64,000 nucleotides of DNA, taken from assembly GCF_947568905.1 (NCBI RefSeq), contig NC_079164.1, positions 108,996,001 through 109,060,000 of the forward strand. The letters run 5' to 3'. Each line of letters opens with the position of its first letter. Positions within the stretch are counted from its first letter, which is position 1. The notes beneath the pieces are model-generated. The model worked only from the letters and a program-made list of their open reading frames with translations. It had not been told where the DNA came from and ran no database searches. The position numbers and the translations under genes were made by a program. The DNA is from Ostrea edulis. Lineage: Eukaryota. Below are positions 49,724 through 61,958 of the stretch, piece after piece.

Positions 49724-50486
49724 TTAGTAGATATGTTTTCCTAAAAAGTCATTTAACATTAAGTCTCCAACAGTTATCAGATTTGGCGTGGCTTGTTGTT
49801 GTTCAAGAATCGGGCTCAATGGGCTCAGATTCCAATGAGGAAATTTTTGCTTTTGTTGTTTATGAGTCGTTATTTTCCAACTCAGTGGTGATGGCCATCC
49901 TGAGACCGACGTCATGGGGTTTACCCAGGAACGCCTGGAGGGCATCATTCCAGTGCTCGTTGAAAATGGCACGACTTCGCTTTTGATTACAGTGCCTGAA
50001 AACAAATGAACGGTACTGTATGAAATTAAATGACATTTACAAGTGTTCGACCAAAGAATATCGATAGGATTATTAATAATTCTTTTGAGTAAAAACGATT
50101 ACAGAATGGGTCCTATTTACACTGTTACGGAAGAGTCAAATACATATTTAAGAAATAAATTTCAGTTTTGAAAATATATGAGAAAAATAACTGTGATATT
50201 TACAGAATTGTCAGAATTCCAATCAGTTATAACAGACGAACTATATTTATCAAGATCCATACGCACATTGTTCACGGCTGCGGAACATGAGGAAATGGCT
50301 ACCATTACAATTGGTAAATAATTATAATGAAGGTAAACACATTGGAAAGTGACTATTTGTTTATAAAACCTTCACAAACAGGAAATATACGCGTGTACAA
50401 ATTTACAACCAGTACTTACTTGAACATTTCAGTATTAGGAGGGACAAGAAAAGGAAAACAGGGAAGACAATCGCCGTTAGTTTCAT
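49724..50486 (-). CDS. Gene D: putative small secreted orphan protein, 112 aa
   Basis: Exons 50486-50420 (MKLTAIVFPVFLFLSLLILKCS, |gtaagt) and 49995-49724 (STVIKSEVVPFSTSTGMMPSRR...KHIY*), phase 1; candidate non-coding exon ending AGAG|gtaagt at 50748. Confidence 0.6.
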
Positions 50487-50562
50487 CACGCATGTGAACT
50501 GCAAATAGATACACTAGCTTAATTATCCAGTATTCTAAAATAAAAGATTCTTTAATCATTAT

Positions 50563-50564
<2 letters not shown>

Positions 50565-50639
<75 letters not shown>

Positions 50640-50650
50640 TTCTCTCTCTC
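50565..50650. repeat. (CT)n microsatellite
   Basis: Long CT run in the first intron/upstream region of gene D. Confidence 0.95.
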
Positions 50651-53389
50651 TTCCATTTCTTGTGATTATTTGTTCTTCATGACAACAAGAACTATAAACC
50701 AATGGATCACGTGTGACGTAGAACGTCACCGGCATTGTACCACTTACCTCTTAAATCCGTTATGTTTATTCATTCATTTATTTATCATCAGCAAAGTTTT
50801 CTTCATCCTATAATTGAGCATAATCGTCTACTTGTAACATATGTAATATAAGAATTTACATGTATTATGAACGATAGACTGTTGCATGGTTAAAGTACAA
50901 TTGTTGTGTTACAGTCATTTTTAAACAAGAGAAAATTATATTGTTGTTCCGTTGATTATGAAAAAGTCTTTGATTTTTTTAAATGGGAAAGTCTGTAATA
51001 CAAAGTTATTGATAACTGTTTACAATGAAAAGTTTTTAAAGTGTGTCATCATTGTGTGACAAAGTCAAAGTTTGTATCAAGCATGATGGTATATCAAAAC
51101 AATATCTTGATTTATCACGTGGTGTATTGGAGGGAGAAATACTGTCGCCCTTTTTATTTGTAATGTATAAAAATGACTTAGAACATTGTATTTCTAATAA
51201 TGGTACTTAGGAATAGGGTAACAAAAATGAGTGTTAGAAGTAAAGAGGTAATCTATTGGAGTAAGTTGATCAATTATTTTCAACTAAGGACGAAATTTCA
51301 ATTTAATGGGAAGTTTTCCAAACCACAACTACATTTTGCAAATCAAGAAAGAAACACTATGTATAGAATTATAAGTAAAACAAATTATTTTTATTTTAAT
51401 CTATTTTTGATAAATACATTGTTAGTGTATTGAGTTATGCATACAAAAGTTGAGGTTTCCATGATTTTTCATTAGTAATTGTAATTTTTTTCTTCTGAAT
51501 TGAAAAGGTCAAAGATTGTAACGTTTTACATGCCATAAAATATAACTTTTAGTATATACGATACTTTATGCACAGTGATCATAATTATGACAACATTTTG
51601 ATTTAACGATCAGTCAGTGTCTTAGAATGACATTTTGTTTTGACAAAGTATACATCTTATATCTATAATATTTAAGACTATTTTTACTAACCAAAAGAAA
51701 TAAACATTTTATGCATCGTAGATCAGCAATTTGTTTAGAACTTCCCAGGTATGAACTAACACATTTCTTCATTTCTAGTATAAGTGCAAGGTACAAGATC
51801 AATCCCTTCGACTTTACTGACAACTGTGTATATAGCGAGAGACAGGCATACACATAACATCTAAATGGAAAACGTAATGACTACTTACTATGGAAATCGT
51901 TTCCTGCAATAAAACAAATTTTATCGCTTTGCATTTATATAAAAATTTAAATCAGATGGAAAGGTTATTTGAATCGTTAGGCAAGACCGATTGCTTTTAT
52001 CCAAACTTTTATTTCCGAAAAATTTATAGTTCATTAAGTTTTATGACCCTGAATTTGTCATTAATGCGAAATCAGTTAAATGAACAAGATAAATTCATCC
52101 ATTGAATCATTACACACATTTTAAACAAAAAGAATAAAACATTTTGTTTTTGTAAAAACTACGTACGGTATTAGACACTGATTATAAAGAACATACTTAA
52201 AAAATTAAAGTGCAAAGAAAACGGCATTCGGACATATCGCCGTGCTATTACATTGCAATCAATTGTTCCAATGTTAGTCGGGCGTCTGGCAAGGAGATCA
52301 TCTTTCACCAACACTCTTTTTTGCATTGTTCATCAATGATCTTGCTAATGAAGTTAAAAAAATTAACAAGGGTGTATTACTTAGGGGGAAATCTTAGTAT
52401 TCTGTTGTATGTATATTGCATTGCTTTGGTAGCAGATTCAGCAGAAATATGCAGGATATTATTGATACAGTTTCCAAGTTGTGCAAAAAATGGAGCATGT
52501 TAATCAATGCTGACAAATCGGTTGTAAAGGGGTAGTCGAAGTGAATTCAATTTCAAGATTTCAAGTTTCGTAAGGGCGCTGGGATATTGATTACTAAATT
52601 TCATTCTTTCAATAATATTGGAATTTCAACTTATGAAAGTCTTTTCAAACACTGTATTTCTCACGTGCTAAATTTTCATTGTATTGAAATGGTCTAAAAT
52701 ATTATCTTGATGTACATAGATTTACCCCTCTACCGGCTTTACAGAGTGAATGTGGATGGAAAGTTTCACAACATAGACATATCCTGTACGTTATTGTTAT
52801 GTAAGACCTCAACAAATCTTTTAAGCTTTTCACACAGCACAAGTTTATGTCAATGACCATTTTAATGCATACTGCTCGACGTACCCCCCCCCCCCGCAAA
52901 GAAACAACAACGACTTTAGCTATTGATCTTAATTATGTTTTATTTTGGTAGTTTTACATATATAAGATCTTGAACCATTTCATTTCATTTAATTGTGTAA
53001 TTTGTTTTATATAAGGCGCTATCTAAATTTTATCATTATTATATAACACTGTAGATTATTGGAACCGGATGATAATCGAACCAAATATATGGCTTAAAAG
53101 CAGGTTAACAGCTGGTGATCAGGTCTGAAACTGACAGCGTGGTATTAGGGGGAACCAACATGGTCAGTTATTAAATGTGTGAACAATAGAAATTTTCAAC
53201 TTTTTCTTGATACATTTAACTACCATTCCAATTCTTTTCAAATTTGGTATGAAGCATCTTGGAGACAAGGAGGACATACGTTATAACTTTCAGGAATCCT
53301 GCACCCCTGGGGTGTTATTGGCGGGGCAAAAACTGCCCAAAATTGACAAATTTTCAAAACATTTCTTTCCTACAACCGCCCATATGTAA

Positions 53390-54295
53390 GAACAAAAGCC
53401 CCACAGGCCTTATCGGTCACCTGAATACTAGTGAAAAAGAATCACTACTCCCACGGGCTATGAAATCTAGAAAAAAATTCCTGTTCTGAATATCTAAGCT
53501 AAATTCTAATGTTCAGCAACAATATAAAACAAGATGTGTTCTTAAAACTTCACTCCCCTTAAAAACGCATACACTGATGAAAGGCTTTAAATAATATATG
53601 TATTAACATTAAAACATCATAAGATATGACTAATTTGGACCAATCCTAAAGTAATAACCCTGGGTTGTGAAATTCACCATTTTTTTGTACAACCTTTCTG
53701 CTTAATTCCTAAATATGCATTTAGATTTTAAATAGTATCAGCAAACTTACACATAAATACTATATACTAAGTTTAGCCCCACCCTGGGTTCAGAACCCCT
53801 ACTCTGGGGATCATCAAATTTACAATTTTGGTAAAAGACTACCTGCTCTATCCATTTAGTTTTAATTTAGTATCAATAGCACCAAAGAAGATGTTATTTA
53901 AGTGTTTTACACGTAAACACTATATACCAAGTTTGGCCCCACCCTGGAGTCAGAACCCCTACCCCCGGGATCATGAAATTTACAAATTTGGTAGAGGCTT
54001 TCCTGCTCTTCATCTCTATGCATATAGTTTTTCTTACACGTGTGTGGTTCTTGAGAAGAATCTTTTTGAAAATTGGCCAATTTTGGGCAGTTTTTGACGC
54101 GCCCCTAAGGCCCCAGGGGTGCTGGAGTCCTGAAATTTACAATTTATGTCCCCCTTTTCCCAATGATGCTTCATACCAAATTCTAAAAGAATTGGAATGG
54201 TAGTTCTTAAGAAGAATTTTAAAATGTTCAATTGTTAACGCACGACGGACGACAACCAACTGCAATAGGTCACCTGAGTTTACTCAGCTAATCTA
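53390..54295 (+). mobile_element. Helentron-like non-autonomous element, copy 1
   Basis: Starts AACAAAAGCCCCACAGGCCTTATCGGTCACCTGA, ends GGTCACCTGAG...CTAAAAA. Confidence 0.65.
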
Positions 54296-54299
54296 AAAA

Positions 54300-55281
54300 C
54301 TAAATGCATAGTGGTGTAGAGCAGGAAGGCCTCTACGAAAATTGTAAATTTCAACAATCTCATTTACAGTCAGCATTTCGCAAATTCTATGGTCGTTATA
54401 ACGATCTAGTTTGCCAATACAACCTATCATTGGGTCAAATGCTGTTTGACGTGTTTCATACCGATTGTTAGATCGTTCTTGGCACACTGATTTTGACTAC
54501 GGAGAACTCCGTTTACCTGATCAAGATATAGGGTTCACGGTGGGTGTGACCGGTTGACAAGGAATGCTTACTCCTCCTTGGCACCTGATCCCACCTCTGG
54601 TGTGTCCAGGGGTCTATCTTTACCCAATTCTTTATTTTGTATTGCTTATAGGAGTTATGAGATTCATCACTGTTCACCTTTCATGATCCCTGGGATAGGG
54701 GTTCTGACCCCAGGGCGGGGCCAAACTTAGTACACATATACAGTGTGTATGTGTAAAACATTTTAAAAATAACATCTTCTTTAGTGCTATTGATACTAAA
54801 TTGAAACTAAATGGAATTTAGAAGGAGCAGGTAGTCCTTTGCCAAAATTGTAAATTCCATGATCGTAGGGAGTACGGGTTTGGTTTCAGGGTGGTGTCAA
54901 AATTATAATAACGATTTGAAGGACTTTTTCAAGTTTGCTGATATTGTATAAAATCTAAAAGCAATTCAGGAATAGCAGAAAAAGATGAACAAAACATGGT
55001 GAATTTCACAACCCAGGGTTTTGACTCTAGGATGGGTCCAAATTAGTCATATTGTTTAATGTTAATACATATATCATATTATGTAAAGCCTTTCATCAGT
55101 GTATGCACTTTTGAGGGCATTGAAGTTTTAAGAACATATATTGATTTATACAGTTGCTGAACATTAGGATTTAGCTTAGATATTAGAACTGGAATTTTTT
55201 TCCCTAGATTTCATAGCCCCTAGGAGTAGTGATACATTTCACTAGTACTCAGGTAACCGACAAGGCCTGTGGGCCTCTTGT
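54300..55281 (-). mobile_element. Helentron-like element, copy 2, inverted relative to copy 1 and interrupted by a Naiad fragment at 54351-54684
   Basis: 54690-55281 is the reverse complement of about 53390-54000 and ends CAGGTAACCGACAAGGCCTGTGGGCCTCTTGTT. Confidence 0.65.
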
Positions 55282-55367
55282 TTAGACTTGCCTAGATGGT
55301 CGAGCGGTCTAGCGAGCTGGTTACATACTGCTAGGAGATTTGGGCGGAAGAGGATATATTATATATA

Positions 55368-55588
55368 TGAAAGGTGAAGATAACGAACAGTGATCAATCT
55401 CATAACTCCTATAAGCAATACAAAATATATAGTTGGGCAAACACGGACCCTTGGACACACCAGAGGTGGGATCAGGTGCCTAGAAGGAGTAAGCATCCCC
55501 TCTCGACCGGTGTTTCCCCCATAGTAGCTTTACCCCCGGAAAAATGGCTATATAGTAGTCTTTCCCCCTAGCAGGGTTTCCCCCTCAC

Positions 55589-55627
<39 letters not shown>

Positions 55628-56669
55628 GTTTTTTTTTATTTTAAAAAACAGATTATGGAAAGTCAAGCAGGCTTTGTACAACAAATATTGATATTGCATA
55701 GATCTGAGAATCGAAGAATGTATGTTGCCGATAGTTTGAATGTTAATACATGTATTTCCATAGATATACACTTTAGAGATATAGTTAACGGTATTACTGA
55801 GAAAGTATAAAACATGCGAAATTATATATAAATTCATAAAAAGCATTTTGTGGAAAACAAAGAGTAAGCCCACTTACAGAATAAATCTTTATGTCCAATG
55901 ATGTTCTGCAGTCTTAATTGTATCGATATCTTGAATTAAGAAGAGGCCAATAGGCCTTGATGGTCACCTGAGTCCATGCATGGACCTGTCTGAAAGGCTC
56001 TTATATGCACAAAAATCCCCCAAAGCCTTTACAATTGAAACATTTGGTAGACTGTATTACCGGTATGTAACCTCTTTACAAAAGCATTCAGTGTTCAATA
56101 TCTCAATATATTTTTGCAGATTAATTGACGGAATTTCAGACACCACCACCACCCTCCAGCAAAGTCTTTCCCCAAAAGTATTACTCGGGTAGTCAGCATC
56201 TTGATCACCTCAAGTATCAAGGTATTAGCATTTTACAAGAAGACAAAAATAGGGAGGAAATTAGTGAATCTCTTATATTCAACTTTAGATGAATATTTAT
56301 AGGATTTCCAGTTGATTCTAGAAATGAGTTTGAAACATTCAAGAATAGTCGCTTTTTTATTTTATTTGTAAAAGAATATTAACAAAATTAAATAAAATCC
56401 ACAAATCAGAGAGAAACCTACATGAATGTATGTGCAGGACTGCAGTTTTAACACTTGAATAACTCTATCCTACAATCTTATAAAATTGTTATATGAAACT
56501 TAAAAAGTAACGAGAGGCCCATAAGCAACATTGCTCACCTGAGCAGCAGGTCCTAGCAATAAATAAGCTTGAGCAAAACTATCATTATACTAGTACTTTG
56601 ATTCAGAAAAAAATTCATAGGTAAAAACACAAAGTTCATTATAACCCTTCATTTAAACAGATTTAATCT

Positions 56670-56723
<54 letters not shown>

Positions 56724-58745
56724 TTTAGAAAAGTCGTCAATGCATTTTTACTATTTTGCTGTTATTGTGGCCCTTCATTTGAATAATCATGAATCCCCAT
56801 TACACCAGGTAGCTTTGTGCCAGGTTTGGTTGAAATTGGTCCAGTGGTTTTGGAGAAGAAGTCTAAAATGTGAAAAGGTTACAGACAGACAAACGACGGA
56901 CAAGAGGTGATCAGAAAAGCTCAGTTGAGCTAGTTAAAAACGTTTAAGGAATGCATACTAAAAATCAAAACTTTTCCAGATTATTCTTCGTATAGGAAGG
57001 AAATATGATGACGTCGTCCATCTGTCAGATTCAAAATAAATTCATCTATGGAGAAATTATGTAAACGAATATGTATAAATCAAAGTACTGACAGTACAGC
57101 TGGGACTGAGTTGCACCGCCTGGAATAATTACGATAATATCGATAACATATTCACATCTATTGATCCACCAATGACCCGAGAACAATTAGGTGGAAAGTT
57201 TCCTCTCAAAAACATCTAATTCAATTGAAAAATCCTACTTCCCGCTAATGAGGTGTAAAGAATCATGCCTAACGAGAGAGCGAGTCGATTCCTTAGTAGC
57301 AGGAATTTGGAATCAGGGGCAGGCAACCAACATAATTGTACAATTTAAGTTCACTCCACTATATGTATGAAAAGTTTTTGTGTTTATCAATTGGAGAGAA
57401 TCAGTTTTGATTCCTCGAACGATAAATACTTATCCGTTTAATTAACAAAGTCTGAGTTGCCTAAATATGTGCTGTTTTAAAAGCACGAACTATTCTGATT
57501 TTACATTCTAAATATGTATATCATTGTTTTACATAACATTAAACTGAATGAAACGATGTTTCTTGAATTAATATATACTTCCAAAAATCCCAATCAAGGG
57601 AATTCGGAAATTAACTATCCATTTAGGATATAAAAGAAATGAATAGCCAGAAAAGGATTAATTTCAGAATGGAAAGAACATGTATGGGAATGGTCTGTCG
57701 TAAACGTAACCGGAATGAAAAGAAGGGGGAAAATCTACTATATAATAGGTTTTCCGTGGGAGTCATCTGGCTATAAAATGGGGAAATCCTACTATATAGC
57801 CACATTTCCGTGGGGGAAGATCTACTACATGGTCATTTTTCCGGGGGGGGGGGGGACTACTATATAGCCATTTTTTCCGGGGGGAGGGAGAGATGGCTAG
57901 GGGGAAAGGCTACTATACAAGACCGGTCACACCCGCCGTGAGCCCTATATCCTGATCAGGTAAACGAAATTATCCGTAGTCAAAATCAGTGTGTTAAGAA
58001 GAACGGCCTAACGATCGGTATGAAACATGTCAGACAGCATTTGACCCAATGATAGGTTGTATTGACGAACTAGATCGTTATAACGACCATAGAATTTGCA
58101 AAATGCTGACTTCAATCGAGACTGTTGAAACCCCTGTACCAACTTGTTTGTCAGTAGCTTGCCTCGATTTAAAAACTGACTATACGCAGAACAAGCTCTT
58201 GCATATCGAATCAGTTGAGATATATAAACACCATATGCAAGTGATAATGGAATATTGCTACATAAATATGGGAAGTTGACGATGGAGAAGCTGAAATCAT
58301 CCCGTTTGTCATAAAGTTGAGTTGTCAGTTTGCCGTTAATGTCTACTTTCAATAAAATATCTAAGTATGAAGCAGAAGTGGACGACTCTGTGGTGTCTTT
58401 TATTTCGAGCTCACATGGATATATCGAATCGACATATGAATGAAAGTTATTATTGTTAATAGACAAAACGTCGTCGATATATCTAAATGTCGAATTGAAG
58501 GTCACAGCAAGAGATTTTTTATTCTCGCGTATAAGTTTTTGAATAAATTACGCTTCATATGAATATAGAAACAGGTCAGTTAACAAAGGAGAACAATTTG
58601 TACCCATAGGAATTCCAACAGACTGTTGGAAGACCTGATCACCAAAGACCACGAAGATATTGTGAATGAGGAACTCTAGCATATTTTTTATTTCAACTTC
58701 AGAATACTTGTGCTTGGAATAAGTATCAAATTTAAGGTAGAAATT
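55368..58745 (-). mobile_element. Longest Penelope-like (Naiad) copy (55368-55511 plus 57921-58745), split by a 2.4-kb insertion
   Basis: RT motifs QSVGIPMGTNCSP (58548-58754) and FRYIDDVL...YDKRDDF (58008-58505), one in-frame TAA; 3' UTR resumes across the insertion. Confidence 0.9.
55512..57920. mobile_element. Composite non-autonomous DNA-transposon-like insertion with inverted subterminal repeats
   Basis: Flanked by duplicated GACCGGT (55505-55511 and 57921-57927); CCCCGGAAAAATGGCTATATAGTAGTC units inverted at both ends; contains a Helentron-like copy at about 56508-56940. Confidence 0.6.
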
Positions 58746-59498
58746 ACAATACATGTACTTTATTTAAATACAAACAATTATTAACCATTTTCTTTTTTTC
58801 TTTTGGTGGTAAATATGGACTTTTAGCAATATTAAAACATTTGAAAATAGTTTTACAAAATTCTATATAACAGTTTTTGGGCATCCCAATCCTCTGCCCT
58901 TAATATGAGTTTTAGATTCTTTTGTTTAAAAAAAAAAAATTCACTCTCTTCGATCCACTTTGCTTTTGACCTTACACATTGTCCATTTAACTCATTTCGT
59001 CGAATATCTTATCATTCTTTTTGCTTCTTGGTAAGCCCATCCAAAACTTCATTATCAAACATTTGTTTAAATTCACACTTTTACACAACATTTATTTCTA
59101 TATCTGTCACACATTAAAACTTATGTTTTCCAAAATAAAAAAAGTGAATGACTTGAATTGAAAGTTTTGAATTAATATTACAATATCAATCACATGCATG
59201 TGACGCACAGTTTTTTCTTAGAAGGAGAGGTGACACACACACCCCTCCCCAGAAAAAAACAAATTAAAAAATATATAAAATGCGCATCACCATTTTTATT
59301 GTAAAGCAATAAACGATGATACATTATTGATAGTTTATAAAAGAAATTCAATTTCAATTTTTGTTTTATATACATGTATAAGATCAAGAATACTCATCAC
59401 AGTCGGATGTAAATAGATATATATGTTAGCACAGTTTTCTTACTCATTGCAAACTTCTACACATTCACTGTCATTATTCCAATGTTTGTATTCCCAGT

Positions 59499-60478
59499 TT
59501 AGTAGTATCTGTGATAATTGAACTTTGTCATAGCTCTTCGGGCGCTTGGTGTAAGAAATTTATTACCCATCATAGAGTTGGACATTGCACTCGACGGCAT
59601 AGCTGACATCATCATAGCGTCCATCATTGGATTTGACATCGTAGAAGAGGACATAGTATTTGACATGGGATTTGTTGAGGACATGGACATCATTGGATTG
59701 GTAGTCATTGACATCATAGGGCTCGAAGACATGGACATCATCGGACTTGTAGAAGACATGGGCATCATAGAATTGGTTAAAGACATGGTCGCCATGGGAT
59801 CGGCAGACATCGCCATCGCCGGATTGGAGGAAGCCATAGCCATCATACGACTTCGGGTCATCATGTTTCTTGCCAATCTAGACATCATCGAAAGGACAGC
59901 TCGCATCGTGGGAGATGTCGTCATCATTTGAGTAATTACTGGCATTGATGTCCCAGTCATCATGGCCAACATAGCTGCATCTCTAAGAAGAGGCGTGGAC
60001 ATTGAACTGCTTAACATACTGCTCGACGGGTTCATTGAAGTGACCATTGGACTGGACATCGACATACCTGCAGCCAATTCAGCGGACGGAGAAGACATCG
60101 CATTGGCCAGAGCGTTACTCATTGCTGCGGCTGACATGGTGTTCGACATGGACGACGCTGGAATGATCGAATCACGCATCCCCATCGTGGATTCCGACGC
60201 CATAGATGGACTGGATGCCATATGTGACATAATTCTGGGATGTCTCTCTAAATATATAAAGCAAAAGGTAAACCGAAATTGATATACCAAAAAAACAACT
60301 CTTTATAATTGCATCGAATAAGAATATTTGTTTTCAGTGGTAAAGAGCATATACTAAACCCTAAGAACTGGATGTAATTTAAAGGATAGAAATACTTACT
60401 GTGGTATTTGATTGGTTTTGGTATAGCGTTTACACAGCACGCTAGCGCCATCATTAGAACGACGGTGAAAGATTCCAT
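59499..60478 (-). CDS. Gene E: secreted Met/Ser-rich protein, 275 aa
   Basis: Exons 60478-60400 (MESFTVVLMMALACCVNAIPKPIKYH) and 60247-59499 (KRHPRIMSHMASS...KFNYHRYY*), phase 1; non-coding exon ends AAAG|gtaagg at 60616. Confidence 0.88.
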
Positions 60479-60685
60479 CTGAAATATCAATACAAGGTAT
60501 TGTAATATACTTTATAACTGCTTTCATGATTCGTTATAGTGAACTTAAGTGATATCTAAATCATATAAGCATTCTTTTTTAACATTTCACTGTTAGGCTA
60601 AACGAAAAGCCTTACCTTTTGTTGCTTAGGTGAAGATTTTTGAAAAATAAAAATCGAAATTATGCTTGTGTCTTTTGCGAACCGC

Positions 60686-60693
60686 TTTATATA
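60686..60693 (-). promoter_or_regulatory. TATA box of gene E
   Basis: TATATAAA on minus strand about 70 bp upstream of the exon-1 donor. Confidence 0.72.
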
Positions 60694-61751
60694 TACTGGT
60701 TTTATTTCGTTCACTTGGTACTGGACTCAGCGGTAAAGGTCAGTGAAGGTGGGTAAACTTTGTTCTATCCAGGTGTGTGATGAGCAGTCGCTTTGGACTG
60801 TCATGATTTGCATCAATCTCATAACTAATCACAATAATTGGGTAATCATCACGAGAATGTTCATGGAATGATCAGAGAAATTTAGCTCGGCGTTTAATTA
60901 GGTATAAAATTCGATTAATTGGTATTATGTATCTTCTGTTTTGAAGAGCCGATGTTTCCCATTTGAGTGATAAGACTATGATAAATTTTTCTACGTCATT
61001 TGAGATAGATAACTTAACACTTTTGCGATTTTTTTGTGTTTGTTTGATATGCCGTATGCGTACTATAATGGTTGGGTAACCTAATATTAATTGTATCACA
61101 AACTTGATTTTTCACATACATAAAATATTTGTAAGTTAAAGATCATTAGCTACCAGTGTCATGTTTACCGATTGTCACCAAAATGACAAAAACAGCGTTA
61201 CAGTACATAAAAATTGCCATTGTCATATATATATAAAAAAAAAAAAAAAAAAACAACCATAAATCTTGCAATCGTTTGTTGTAATTCTGGCATTAAAATT
61301 TCTTTTGTTTATATAGAAACAATGACCGAAATATCATTATAAAGTAAATAGTTCATTGAATAGAAATGTTAAATAATTTTCATAAAAATCTATTGGAGGT
61401 CGCTTTTTTCACGATCAGATTTTTTCCTTCATTTTCAAACGAATTACAGCATTTTAATCGCGGTCCATAATTAAAGAGTTTTGACGTCTTAGGCTGATAC
61501 ATTTTTACTTATAAAAAATTGTGAAAATTGAAACTTAATAATTTAACTTGCCAATGATACAGGACTATAGTTTAATTCTTTTGTTAAACACAGCTTGTCA
61601 TTATTTTAATGTTGATGTAATACGAGCTCCATTCTTAATACTCGCACATGTATAGTGAGATAGTGATAATAAAGAAAAGGAGAATTAGGAGTGGCGAACT
61701 TTTTAAAAAATATATTACATGTATCTTGATCTGCAAGGCTTTCTACAATTA

Positions 61752-61958
61752 TGAATAAAATTTTATTCTTGAAAATACATGAGTATGTGAACTGCGACGC
61801 TGTACACCAGCGTTAGCGCACCATGAGGATCTTTACACCAGCGTTAGCGCACCATGAGGATCTTTACACCAGCGTTAGCGCATTATGAAATCTACGCTGG
61901 TGTGAAACGTTGCTGTTCATATCTTCATGTATTTTTAAAAATGAAATTTATTTCTTAT
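61752..61958. mobile_element. Palindromic MITE-like element with central 31-bp tandem repeat
   Basis: About 60-bp imperfect inverted arms; TACACCAGCGTTAGCGCACCATGAGGATCTT about 2.7 copies; related sequence near 40600, 48230 and 50150. Confidence 0.65.

Noticed and set aside
55588-55630. Poly-Lys ORF from the long T run; also poly-C at 17827-17863
   Set aside because: Homopolymer tracts, possibly length-inaccurate in the assembly
57921-58745. Selenocysteine/SECIS features reported for some clam Naiads
   Set aside because: No in-frame TGA at Cys positions in the visible RT fragment and no convincing SECIS fold in the 3' UTR; the N-terminal region is absent here
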